A stretch of 64,000 bases of DNA from Vulcanimicrobiota bacterium (GTDB taxonomy: Bacteria; Vulcanimicrobiota; Vulcanimicrobiia; Vulcanimicrobiales; Vulcanimicrobiaceae): the NCBI GenBank assembly GCA_963786105.1, contig CAWAXX010000012.1, positions 32,001-96,000 on the forward strand. The letters are read 5' to 3'. The position numbers and the translations under genes were made by a program. Of the stretch, positions 40,725-51,643 are shown in pieces. Numbering within the stretch: the stretch's first letter is position 1; each line of letters begins with the position of its first letter. The notes beneath the pieces are model-generated. The model was given only the letters and a program-made list of their open reading frames with translations, made no database searches and was not told the DNA's origin.

Positions 40725-41945
40725 TCAGACGGCGTCGTCGTTGGCGAATAGCTGCTGGGCGCGCGGAACGCGTTTTTCACGCGTGCCGGCGTCGAGCGCG
40801 GTGACGCCGCGCGGTACGACGTCGATCGGCGGAATTTCGAACAGATCGTCGCCGCCCAACGACGCTTCGTCTTTGAGCCGGCGTCCCTGCGGCAACAGTT
40901 TGGTTTCGTACGAGCCGACCGCGCCGTTGAAGGCGTTGACGGAGCGTTCGAGGTGCCGGCGCACCTCGAGCAAGTGTTCGGAGAATTTCAGGGCGCGCTC
41001 GTACAGCACTTTCCCAATGGTGGCGATGCGCTTGGCATTCTCTTCTTGACGTAGTGCCTGCCAGCCCATGGCAAACGTGCGCAGCAGGCTGATCAACGAG
41101 AGCGGCCCGGTAACCAGGACGCCTTTGTCCAGCGCGTACTCGATCAGCGCCGGATCGTCGCTACACGCCGCGCTCAGAAAGGCTTCGCCGGGGACGAACA
41201 GCACGACGTAATCCGCCGATCCTTTGGCGGTCTGATATCCGCGGCGCGCCAGCGCGTCGACGTGATCGCGTAAGGCCCGCGCGTGTTGTTTGACTAAGTT
41301 TCGCCGCGTCTCGTCGTCGGCGGTTTCCAGGGCGGCCTGCATCGAGTCGGTCGGTGCCTTGGCGTCGACGAAGACGAAGCGCTCGCCCGGGAGATTCACG
41401 GTCATGTCGGGCCGCACGCGCGCTTCTTCGAGGGCGACCGTCTGCTGTTCCGAGAAGTCGCAATACGGCAGCATACCGGCCTTCTCAACGACGTTGCGCA
41501 ACTGCATCTCGCCCCATTTGCCGCGCGAGGCGGGATTGCGCAACGCCGTGACCAGGGTCGACGTCTGGGTCGTCAGGCTCGTGGTCGCGGTTTCGAGTTT
41601 TTCGGCGCGCCCCAACAGATGTTCGATCTGCGCCCGCAGACTGCCCGCGTCGTGCTGCCGCTTGGCTTCGAGTTCTTGAATAAGCCGGTCGAACTCGTGG
41701 AGCTTCTGCGCCACCGGCGCAACCAGTTCGCCGACGCGTTCGCTCGCGCGGCTGGCGGTCGTTTCACGCAACTCGTTCTTGGCCCGCTCCAACAGGGCTT
41801 CGATCGTTTTTTCCTGCGCGCGTTTCGATTCGGTCAGCGTCGCGCGCAAGCCGCTGGTTTCGGCGCGCGATACCAGCCAAACGACGATCGCGCCGGCGGC
41901 GGCGCCGAGGAAGAACGTGATGGCGGCGGCCAGCGTCATCGTCAC
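40725..41945 (-). CDS. rmuC: DNA recombination protein RmuC
   Basis: RGKWGEMQL, RPDM..VDAK and FVPGE motifs; N-terminal TM helix. Confidence 0.9.
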   Translation of the reverse strand: MTMTLAAAITFFLGAAAGAIVVWLVSRAETSGLRATLTESKRAQEKTIEALLERAKNELRETTASRASERVGELVAPVAQKLHEFDRLIQELEAKRQHDAGSLRAQIEHLLGRAEKLETATTSLTTQTSTLVTALRNPASRGKWGEMQLRNVVEKAGMLPYCDFSEQQTVALEEARVRPDMTVNLPGERFVFVDAKAPTDSMQAALETADDETRRNLVKQHARALRDHVDALARRGYQTAKGSADYVVLFVPGEAFLSAACSDDPALIEYALDKGVLVTGPLSLISLLRTFAMGWQALRQEENAKRIATIGKVLYERALKFSEHLLEVRRHLERSVNAFNGAVGSYETKLLPQGRRLKDEASLGGDDLFEIPPIDVVPRGVTALDAGTREKRVPRAQQLFANDDAV

Positions 41946-42815
41946 GGGGTTGGTGGCCCGGCGTACTTTTCGAGAAACACCAGCGTCCGCTTCCAAGCAT
42001 CCTCGGCGGCGGTTGCAACGTACGAGGCGCGCTGATCGTCGAAAAATGCGTGACCGGCTTCGTCGTAGATACGCACGTCGTTGGGAACGCGCAGCGCGGC
42101 GGCGAACGCGCGGACGTCGGCCGCCGGTATGCTGGTGTCGCGGCCGCCGTAACTGCCGCAGACGGGAACGTGCACTGCGTCGGGCTTCACGCCGTCGACT
42201 GACCCGTAGAACGGAAAGACGGCGGCGAAAAGGCGGTCGGTGTCGATGGCCGCCAGCAGCGCGATGTGCCCGCCCATGCAAAAGCCCAGTATGCCGGTTT
42301 TGGTGGACGGAAACCGGGCCGTCGAGCCAGGCCGCGGCCGCGCGAACGTCGGCATCGTATTGCGGACGCTCGAGTCGCTTGGAAAACGGCCGAAACGTGG
42401 TGGAGTCGGTGCTGCCGTCACCGCTGGGGGCACCGAAACGCGCGTACAGATCCGGTGCGATGGCGGCGACGCCGGCTTTCGCGAAACGCCGCACGACGTC
42501 CCGAATCGACGTGTCGACGCCCCAGATGTGCATGATCACGACGACCGACGGCGTTTGCGGTCCGGCGTGCACCGGCCAGGCGGCGTATGCCGGTATCGTT
42601 GCGCCGGCGACGCTCACGTCGACGTACTCGGCGGAGATTCCAGGATCGTTCTCCGGGACTACCGGAGAATGCGTTTGACCCATGACGTCGGATGCGGCGA
42701 GTCCGCGCGCGGCGGCGCCTATGCCGGCGGTCGCCCCCGCTGCCAGGCCCACGAACGCACGCCGATTGAAGGCGGGCGACGTTGCTCGGGTGGGATCAAC
42801 GTCGAAACCGTTCAT
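41942..42815 (-). CDS. Tat-exported dienelactone hydrolase family protein (frameshift near 42325)
   Basis: NRRAFV Tat motif, APDLY, GFCMGG nucleophile and AGHAFF. Confidence 0.88.
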
Positions 42816-42937
42816 ATCAACCCCTTTGACCTGCAGGAGTAACGCTCCTAGAGGATCGACGGCGCGCAGAAGGCATTCGCTACCGTTACCGCGTTAAAAC
42901 GAGAGCTGAAAGATGCCTGATGGAGAATCCGAGACTT

Positions 42938-43646
42938 ATGAATCGTACCATCTTCTTGACCGCCTCGGCGGGTTTGCTAGCCGCTTCGGGAGGTATTGCC
43001 GCGGCACAGACTGTGCCGGGAGGCACGCAGCTAGTCGAGCGTAAGGCCGACTTCGACGAACGGAGTTTCGCCGGCGTGGTTGGCCGGGAAGCGGAGATCC
43101 GCCAACTCTACGAAGCGGTGGCCTTTCGGCCGACCGTCTGGAACAACGTCAAGAACTCGTTCAACGGCTTGCAGTTCGGTTTCGGCTACCCCGCCGATAA
43201 GATTGCGATCGCCTTCGCCGCCCACGGCCCATCGGCGTCGTACGGATATACCGACTATCTCTGGAAGAAATACCGGATCGCCGAATACTTCGGTTTGACC
43301 GACGCGAGCGGCGCGCCGGTAACGTCAAACGGCTACGTCGCGAAACGCGCGACGGTCGATCCGCAGGCAAGTCCCGACGACGATAGAGGCAATGTATCAA
43401 GATACCTCGATCGAAATGCTGCAGCAGCGCGGGCTCATCTATCTCACTTGCCACACCGCCGCTGAGGAGCAGGCGCGCGGAATCGTCAAGAAGGGTTTGG
43501 CGCCGGCCGGGATGACTGCGGCCGACGTCGCCGTCGACATCCTCACCCACTTGATTCCAGGTGCGATCGTCGTGCCGTCGATGGTGGCGACGATCGCGGT
43601 GCTTCAGGCGACGTACCGTTACACCTACATCACGCTGGCGATGTAA
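42938..43646 (+). CDS. Exported hypothetical protein, possibly DsrE-like fold (frameshift near 43388)
   Basis: Tat-like signal; AHGP, W.KY, LQQRG..YLTCH and IPGAIVVPSMV segments. Confidence 0.6.
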
Positions 43647-43653
43647 GCGCATC

Positions 43654-44447
43654 ATGCGGCTGCCGGCGCTGCGCATTCTTCTGGTCGTCGTCGTCGCACA
43701 CGCTACCGCGTGTTCGAACGGTGGCTCGCGATCGGTCTACGATCCGCAGGCTTTGCCCACCGGGCCGGTCGGGGCATCGATAGAATACGGACACGATATC
43801 ATCGTCGACACGCCGCGACTTATGAAGGGGTACGTGCGCGCGAAGATGTCGTGTCAAGCGTGTCACGTCGATGCGGGAACGAAGCCGCGGGGCGGAAGCT
43901 TCATCGGCGTCTACGGACGATTTCCTCAATGGAACAAGCGCGCCCATCGCGTCATCACGCTGCAAGACCGGTTGGCCGAGTGTTTCCTTTACAGCATGAA
44001 CGGCCGGCCGCCGGGCTACGCGAGCAAAAGCATGATCGCGCTGGTGGCCTACATTGCGTGGTTGTCCCGCGGCACGCCGATCGGCGCGCCGGCCAAAGAT
44101 TCCGATCGATTCATCGAGCCGTTGCCGCGGCGCACGCCCGACGTGCAGCGAGGCGCAGCAGTGTACGCGCAAAAATGCACGAGCTGCCACCAGGCCGACG
44201 GCGCGGGCATCAAAGGTGCCTTTCCGCCGCTGTGGGGAGCGACGTCGTTCAACAACGGAGCCGGCATGGCGCACATCGATCGCATGACCGGTTTCGTTCG
44301 CTACAACATGCCGCAGAGCGCTCCGGGGTCGCTGACGCTCGACGATGCTTACGACGTGTCGTCCTTCGTGCTCGGTCACAATCGGCCGCATTTCAATCGC
44401 CAAACTCTCGTGCCGCCAGAATCCCGAGGGCGGCCGGATTCTTTTGA
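43654..44447 (+). CDS. Diheme c-type cytochrome, TsdA (thiosulfate dehydrogenase)-like
   Basis: Two CxxCH motifs (CQACH, CTSCH); ECFLYSMNG with the active-site Cys; PPLWG..SFNNGAGM and NMP. The end is inferred across a shift near 44420. Confidence 0.8.
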
Positions 44448-45425
44448 CGAGGCTGCCGGGACTGCTCGCCTGCGTGGCGATCGCGGGCGTCGCGACCCTG
44501 CTCGGCAAATGGGCTCCCGTCGTCGGAAGCCCGGTCATTGCTATCGTGATGGGCATCGTTATCGCCGCCTGGCGTCCGCCTGCGTCCGCGTTGGAGCCGG
44601 GCACGTCGTTTGCCGCCAAGACGCTGCTCCAGTGGTCGATCGTTCTGTTTGGCGCGAATTTGAGTTTGGCACAAATCGTCCGCGGCGGCGCGGCCGCATT
44701 GCCGGTGATGTTGGGAACCTTCGCACTGGTGTTGACGCTGGCGTACGTTTTCGGACGATGGCTCGGACTCGATCGCGATTTGCGCCGGTTGCTCGCGATC
44801 GGAACCGCCATCTGCGGCGGTTCGGCGATTGCTGCGTTGTCGAGCGTGATCGACGTCGATCCGTCCGACGTCGCGTACGCGCTCGGTACCGTGTTTTGCT
44901 TCAACGTGATCGCCGTTTTGATGTTTCCGCCGCTCGGGCACGCACTCGCGCTTTCGCAGCCGGCGTTCGGGTCTGTGGGCGGGTACCGCTATCAACGATA
45001 CGTCGTCGGTCGTCGCCGCAGCCTTTGCCTACGGTCATGACGCCGGTAACGCGAGCATCGTCGTGAAACTCACGCGAACGCTGCTGATCGTACCGATCGT
45101 GCTGTTCTACGCGTGGAAGCGCGTCGCATCGCAACGCCCCGGCGATCGCGCCATCGACTGGCTCGGTCTTTTTCCCTGGTTCATCCTGTGGTTTCTCGCG
45201 GCGGCCGCGGTCCAGTCGTTGGGCTGGATACCGAAGGATTGGCAAGTGCCGCTACACGGCGTCGCACTTTTCGTCATGGTCGTCGCGCTGGCGGGAGTCG
45301 GTCTTTGCTCCGACGTCCGGCGCATGCGGGCTGCCGGCCTTCGTCCGCTCGCGTTGGGCGCGATTCTGTGGATTGCCATTGCGTGGAGCAGTCTCGCCAT
45401 CGCGCACGTCGTCCGCTTCGGATAG
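44444..45425 (+). CDS. YeiH/UPF0324 membrane protein (putative sulfur-compound exporter), frameshifted
   Basis: GTAICGGSAIAA, KLTRTL and FPWFILWF motifs. Confidence 0.85.
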
Positions 45426-45534
45426 CGGGGTCGCGGGGTTTGGTCGTAGGTTTCCGCGAAGGCCGGAGCTAGAATGGTAGGTCGCGCCACCCCGGAGAAG
45501 GGGGCGCAGCGCGCAAGCCGAGGAGTTGTACATA

Positions 45535-48500
45535 TTGGAAACGATGGTGAGGGTGACGCTGCCCGAGATGGGCGAGTCGGTCACCGAAGGCTCCATCGTC
45601 GAATGGCGTAAGCGGGTCGGTGATTTCGTAGCCGAGGGCGATGCCCTGGTCGACGTCACGACCGACAAGGTCGACGTCGAAGTGCCCGCCACTGCCTCGG
45701 GTATCATCACGCAAATCCTCGCGGGCGAAGGCGACACCGTTACGGTCGGCTCGGTGCTCGCCGAAATCGATACAACGAAAACCAATGGTCAAGCAACCGG
45801 CAAGACCGCACCCGCACGAGGCGCCGTCAACGGCGGCGGCGCGGCGAGCTCACCGGCCTCAACGGCCGAAGCCTCCCCGTCCGCGCGGTCCGGTTCGTCC
45901 GGGCGAAACGCTCGCCGATCAGCCGGCGCGGCGTATGGCCCGCCGGCTCGACGTCGATCTCGCGAGGATTCGCGGGTCGGGACCCAACGGACTCATCCTG
46001 CGTGGCGACGTGATCGCGCAGGCCGAAAGTGCTAAACGCCGGCCGCTCGCCGACGGCGCGTCGCCGTCCGCCGCTCCAATCCCGGCGGGGGCGTCGGTCA
46101 CGCCGCTAAAAGGTCCGGCGGCGGCGCTCGTCGGCTACATGGAGCAAAGCCTGACGATTCCGACGGCCACGAGTTTTCGTGCATTGGCTGTCGACGTGCT
46201 CGATGCGCGGCGCAAAGAACTCAACGGCGCGATCAAAGCGGCCGGACGCAGCGAAAAAGTCTCGTTCACGCACGTGGTTGCGTTTGCGTTGGTACGCGCC
46301 GCACGCGACCTTCCGTTCATCACCTACTCCTTCCGTCGCGACCAGAAGGGTTCGCCGTCTCGGCTGGAACCCGGAATCCATCTCGGTCTCGCGGTGGACA
46401 GCGAGCGCAAGGACGGAACGCGCTTCTTGGTCGTGCCAGTCATCAAAGACGCGGCGCTTCTCGACTTTGCGGCGTTTCGCGCGAAGTACGAAGATCTGGT
46501 CGCCAAGGCACGCGACAACAAACTGGTTGCCGACGATTTGCAAGGCGCGTCGTTCACGCTTACGAACCCGGGCGGAATCGGAACGGTCGCGTCGCTTCCG
46601 CGGTTGCTCGACCGGACAAGGCGCGATCGTCGCCACCGGCGCGATCGGGTACCCACCGGGATTTGCCAACGCCAACGAACAGTCGTTGCAGCTGTTGGGC
46701 GTTTCCAAAGTCATGCAGATGACGAGTACGTACGATCATCGCGTAATTCAAGGCGCGCAGTCGGGTGAGTATCTGCGTCACGTCGACGAACTGCTGCAGG
46801 GTCGCAACCGCTTCTACGAAGAGATTTTCGAATCGCTCGGGCTGCAGGCGGCGCCGGTACCGCACATCACTACGGCGCTCGCGCCCGCGCGGCCGGCAGG
46901 TCCGGTCGCGGCTACGCCGCCGTCGGACGAAATGCTGCGCGCCGTTGCCGCCGGAATGGCGATCGTGTCGGCGTACCGCCGTCACGGGCACCTAGCGGCC
47001 AACCTCGATCCGCTCGGAACGCAGCCGGTGGGCGATGCGTCGCTCGAACCGCAGACCTACGGCCTTACGCCGGCGTTGATGAGCGCGATCCCCGCCGGCG
47101 TTTTGCGCGTCAAAGTTCCCGGCAATACCCTCGGCGAGGTGCTTCCGCATCTCAAAGAAACGTACAGCTCGACGATCGCCTACGAGATCGAGCACATTTC
47201 GAATGCCGGTCAGCGCGTCTGGCTGCGCGATTACATCGAGTCCGGCAAAAACAAGATCAAGTTCTCTCCGGAGCGGCAGCTCGAATTCCTCACGCGCCTG
47301 ACTCGGGTCGAAGCCTTCGATCGCTTCGTGCGCAAAGCGTTCCTCGGCCAGAAGACCTTTTCGGGCGAAGGTTTAGACGTGATGGTGCCGATGCTCGAGG
47401 AGATGTTGGACATGGTCGCCGACGACGGGGTTCGCAACGCCGTCTTGGGCATGGCCCATCGCGGCCGTCTCAACGTGATCGCGCACGTCGTCAACACGCC
47501 CTACGAAGAAGCGATGATGGAGTTCGAAGCCGCCCAGTACCGCGGCGAGCTCGGCGACGACGACGTGATGGGCGACGTGAAGTATCATCACGGTGCGACC
47601 GGTACGTTCGTGACGTCGAAAGGAAAGTCGATCGCGGTAACGCTGGCGCACAACCCGAGTCACCTCGAAGCCGTCGATCCGGTCGTCGAGGGAAGCGCGC
47701 GCGCTCTCCAGACCGACCACGGGCGCGGCGTTCCGGAATACGACGCCAAGGGTGCGGTTCCGATCTTGATACATGGCGACGCAGCCTTCACCGGTCAGGG
47801 CATCGTTTCCGAAGTTCTTCAACTTGCAATCGCTCGCGGGCTACCAAACCGGCGGAACGGTGCATTTGATTGCCAACAATCAAATCGGCTTTACGACCGA
47901 CGTAGCGGACGCGCGTTCGACGCGCTACGCCTCGGACTTGGCCAAAGGTTTCGACGTGCCGATCGTGCACGTCAATGCCGACGACGTCGACGCGTGCATC
48001 GCCGCCGTCCATCTGGCCGTCGATTTCCGCCGTGCTTTCAGCCGCGACGTGCTGATCGACCTCATCGGATACCGGCGTTTCGGTCACAACGAACAAGACG
48101 AGCCGGCGTACACGCAGCCGATCGTGGCCGAAAAGATCAAGAGCCATCCGACCGTTCGCGAGTTGTTCGCGAATAAGCTCATCAACCAAGGGATTCTCAC
48201 GCCCGAACAGTCGCGTGCGATGATCGAGGAAGCAAACGAGCGATTGAGCGAAGCGCGCAAAGCCGTTAAGGGCGTTCTGGCGACGCACACCAAGGGTCGG
48301 AAAATGGCGGGCAGCAATACGTTCGACGGCACGGTGCTGGCACCGGTCGGGCGCGAGCGGCTGGTAGCCTGGACGGACGCGCTCGGGCGCGTTCCCGAAG
48401 GGTTCACGCTCAACCACAAGCTGGTAACGCAGTTCGACCGGCGTCACGAGACCATCGTCGAAAAGGGCACCGTCGACTGGGGAACCGCCGAAGCGCTGGC

Positions 48501-49502
48501 ATTCGCCTCGCTGCTGACGGGCGGCTCGCCGATTCGGCTCACCGGCCAAGACACGGAGCGGGGCACGTTCAGTCACCGGCATGCCGTGCTTCACGGTACC
48601 GACGGCGCCGCCAGCTGGATTCCGCTGCAGCATCTGTCGGAAGCGCAGGCATCGTTCGAAATCCGCAACAGCCCGCTTTCCGAGTACGCCTGCATGGGCT
48701 TCGAATACGGATACTCGACGCAGGAACCGGAGGCGCTGGTTCTTTGGGAAGCGCAGTACGGCGACTTCTTCAACGGCGCCGAGATCGTCGTCGATCAGTT
48801 CATCGCCGCCGGACAAGCCAAATGGGGTCAAACCTCACGCTTGGTGCTGCTGCTTCCGCACGGCTACGAAGGCGGCGGCCCCGAACATTCGAGCGCGCGT
48901 CTCGAGCGTTTCCTGCAGCTCGTCGCCGAGGGCAACCTGCGCGTCGCCTACCCGTCGAATGCCGGCAACTACTACCATCTGCTGCGCATGCAAGCTCGCT
49001 CGCCGATCGCCGTCCCGCTGGTCGTGATGACGCCGAAATCGCTGCTGCGCGCGCAGAGCGCGTCCGGCACGCTCGACGACATGGCGGAGGGGTCGTTCGC
49101 TCCGGTGATCGACGATCCGCGGCCGCTCGAGCCGCGACTCGATCGAGCGATTGATCCTGTGCAGCGGGAAAATCTATCACGATCTCGTCGGTCACGCCGC
49201 CTACGGTGCGTTACGGAAGACGGCGATCGCGCGCATCGAACTACTCGCGCCGCTGCCCGCGAGCGATATCAAGCGGGTCATCACGGGCTACCCGAAGCTC
49301 AAGAAGATCGTGTGGGTTCAAGAGGAGCCGAAGAACATGGGAGCGCGCGCGTTCGTCCGAAGGCGCCTGCTCGAAAGCAAACGCGACGGATTCGACATCG
49401 AGTATATCGGACGCGGTTACCGCGCTAGCCCGAGCGAAGGCTATGCCGGCCAGCACGCCGTCGAGCAAGAACGCATCGTTGACAACGGCGCTGACCGAAT
49501 AG
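45535..49502 (+). CDS. 2-oxoglutarate dehydrogenase fusion: lipoyl + PSBD + E2 acyltransferase + E1 (about 5 apparent frameshifts)
   Basis: TTDKV lipoyl domain, GSGPNGLILRGDV, TYDHRVIQGA, GMAHRGRLN, HGDAAF.GQG and WEAQYGDF, LLPHGYEG motifs. Confidence 0.85.
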
Positions 49503-49513
49503 CGACGCGATTC

Positions 49514-49912
49514 GTGGCGTCTCCCGACGAAACGCCTCGCCAGCGAGGCGAGCGGCTGCTCCGCCGGATCGACGGCGACAAGAGTTGCCGACAATTTGTT
49601 GCGCGGTTACGAATCGATCGCGCCCGATTTCGTGCGCTATTTGGTCGAGTTTGCCTTCGGCGAGATCTACGCGCGCGAGGGCGACGTGCGACAGCGCGAA
49701 CTGGTCGCGATCGCGTCGCTTGCCACCATGGGCGGCTGCGACCCCAGCTCGAGACGCACGTCCACGGTGCGTTCAACGTCGGACTGAGCGAGGCGGAGAT
49801 CGTCGAAGCCGTGATGACGCTGATTCCGTACGTCGGCTTTCCGAAGGCACTCAACGCGATGGCAATCGTCAAGCGCGTCGTCGAAAAGCGTAATCGACCC
49901 GTGTCATCCTGA
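49514..49912 (+). CDS. Carboxymuconolactone decarboxylase family protein (frameshifted)
   Basis: EFAFGEIYAR, RELVAIA and HVHGAFNVG...PYVGFPKALNA segments. Confidence 0.85.
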   Translation: MASPDETPRQRGERLLRRIDGDKSCRQFVARLRIDRARFRALFGRVCLRRDLRARGRRATARTGRDRVACHHGRLRPQLETHVHGAFNVGLSEAEIVEAVMTLIPYVGFPKALNAMAIVKRVVEKRNRPVSS

Positions 49913-50201
49913 TCGGAGCTTGCGCAGCGGTTGTCATCCTGAGCGGAGCGCCGCAGGCGCGCAGTCGAAGGACCAGCGCACCAACTCACTCGACGCATCG
50001 ATGCGGGAGCCGCGCGTTTTACCCCGTGCGCGGGGACGCTCGATTTTGCGCCTCCGTGCGAAAAATCTGCTCGGCTGGCTCGTGGCTCCCGGCGTCCGTG
50101 CCTTCGCTCCTCGTCCAGACGCCCCCGCGCATCGGGGTAAACGCGCGGCTCCGATATCGTCCTTCGACTGCGCTCGCTGCGCGAGCTCCGCTCAGGGTGA
50201 C
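49902..50201. repeat. REP/BIME-like nested palindromic element, copy A
   Basis: Two tgtcatcctga(g/t)cggagc units, the second ending gcagtcgaaggac, plus an inverted unit at 50159-50201; inner inverted repeat 50006-50035/50123-50152. Confidence 0.8.
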
Positions 50202-50204
50202 TCG

Positions 50205-50700
50205 CTAACCTCGCCGGCTGCGAAACGCCGCCACCTTGACGCGGTTGCCGCAGCGCTGCATCGAACACCAGCGACGGCCTTTCGCACGCGAGCGATCGAG
50301 AAACATGCGGTCGCAATCGTGTGCCTTCGCACGCGCGAAGCTTGGCGGCGTGACGCGCGATGGTTTCGATCGCGTCGCGAGCGATGGCGGCGAGTCCGGC
50401 CCGAACCGGCTCGGTCGCGCCCCTCGTGACGCTGCCGTCGAGTCGAAGAACCAGCGCCGGCGGGTCGTCCGAAGCGTAGCTGTTGATGGTCGCTACGTCC
50501 CGTTGCGTGAGGGCGATCCCGCGGCGGCTGCGTTGAAGGGCGGCGAACGGCGGCGCACAGCCGCTCCGCATCGGCGACTTCTTCGGGCCGGGCGGCGACT
50601 TCGAAGGACAGCGCGCCGAGCCGCAACCAGCATGCGGCCGAGGTCGCCGCGATCGCTCATCGGCTGTGGCGGCGAAATCAAGGCTGAGGTCTCCTAGCAC
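50205..50700 (-). CDS. ABATE/CGNR zinc-finger protein (frameshifted)
   Basis: LSLDFAAT N-terminus; LRAC...CSMQRCGNRVKVAAFR C-terminus. Confidence 0.8.
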
Positions 50701-50776
50701 GTAACTATTCTATCAGGTTACGCAACGTTCGTCAGGCTGGCCAAGGTGCTTGACTGTAACCTTTTAGGGAGGTAAT
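50700..50776. promoter_or_regulatory. Two GTAAC-N11-GT(T/A)A palindromic operator-like sites
   Basis: cgtaac-tattctatcag-gttacg (50700-50722) and gtaac-cttttagggag-gtaat (50756-50776). Confidence 0.55.
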
Positions 50777-51318
50777 TCAGGGAAAATAAGTCAGCAGCGC
50801 TTCGATCGACAGGCGCATCGACCAGGAGCCGCCGATTGGCGGGCGGTGACGAACCCCTCGGCGACCATTGAGTCGAAGAGGGCGACGAGATGATCGAAGT
50901 AACCCCGATCGTTGAGCAAGCCCGATGGGTTTGTCGTGGATGCCCAGTTGACGCCAGGTCAGAACGTCGCCGAGTTCGTCGATCGTTCCGAAACCGCCCG
51001 GGAAGCGCGATAAACGCGTGACTCAGGTCGGCCATGCGCGCCTTGCGCTCGTGCATGCTTGCGACGATTTCTAGTCGCGTCAGACCGTCGTGGGCGATTT
51101 CCGCCGTCGATAGCGGCGTGCGGAATGACGCCGATGACCTCGCCGCCGGCTTCGAGAGCCGCATCGGCCAGCACGCCCATTAGGCCGATCCGACCGCCAC
51201 CGTAGACGATGCCGTAGCCGGCGCGCACGATCGCTCGTGCGACCTCGCGCGCCGTGACCGCGTAGGAATCGTGCGTCCCAGACTGCTGCCGCAGAAGACG
51301 CAGATGTGCGCGGTTCAT
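50777..51318 (-). CDS. LOG family (TIGR00730) nucleotide phosphoribohydrolase, frameshifted
   Basis: [18 protein letters not shown] and [20 protein letters not shown] fragments. Confidence 0.85.
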
Positions 51319-51370
51319 CGCGCACGCCGTTGGGCAGTTGAGCATCGCGCGCCTGCCGAAGCGCTCGCGC

Positions 51371-51643
51371 ATGTCTCGCGATCTCCGTCTGCAACGTCGT
51401 CCGTCACTTCCCGACGACGGGGTGGTTCGCATCATGCGGGTGCGCCGGCGAGCGAGTACCGTCAGCGTCGTGACCGGTTTGCGTGCGCCGGAAATCGAGG
51501 ACGTAGCGAAGTCGCTGAAACGCCATTGCGGGACGGGCGGCACGGCGAAAAATGGAACGGTCGAGATCCAGGGCGACCATCGCGACAAAATTGCAGCATG
51601 GTTTGCCGCGCAAGGCCGCACGGTAAAACTCGCCGGCGGATGA
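51371..51643 (+). CDS. yciH: SUI1/YciH translation factor homolog
   Basis: DGVVRI, LKRHCGTGGT and IQGDHRD motifs. Confidence 0.88.
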   Translation: MSRDLRLQRRPSLPDDGVVRIMRVRRRASTVSVVTGLRAPEIEDVAKSLKRHCGTGGTAKNGTVEIQGDHRDKIAAWFAAQGRTVKLAGG

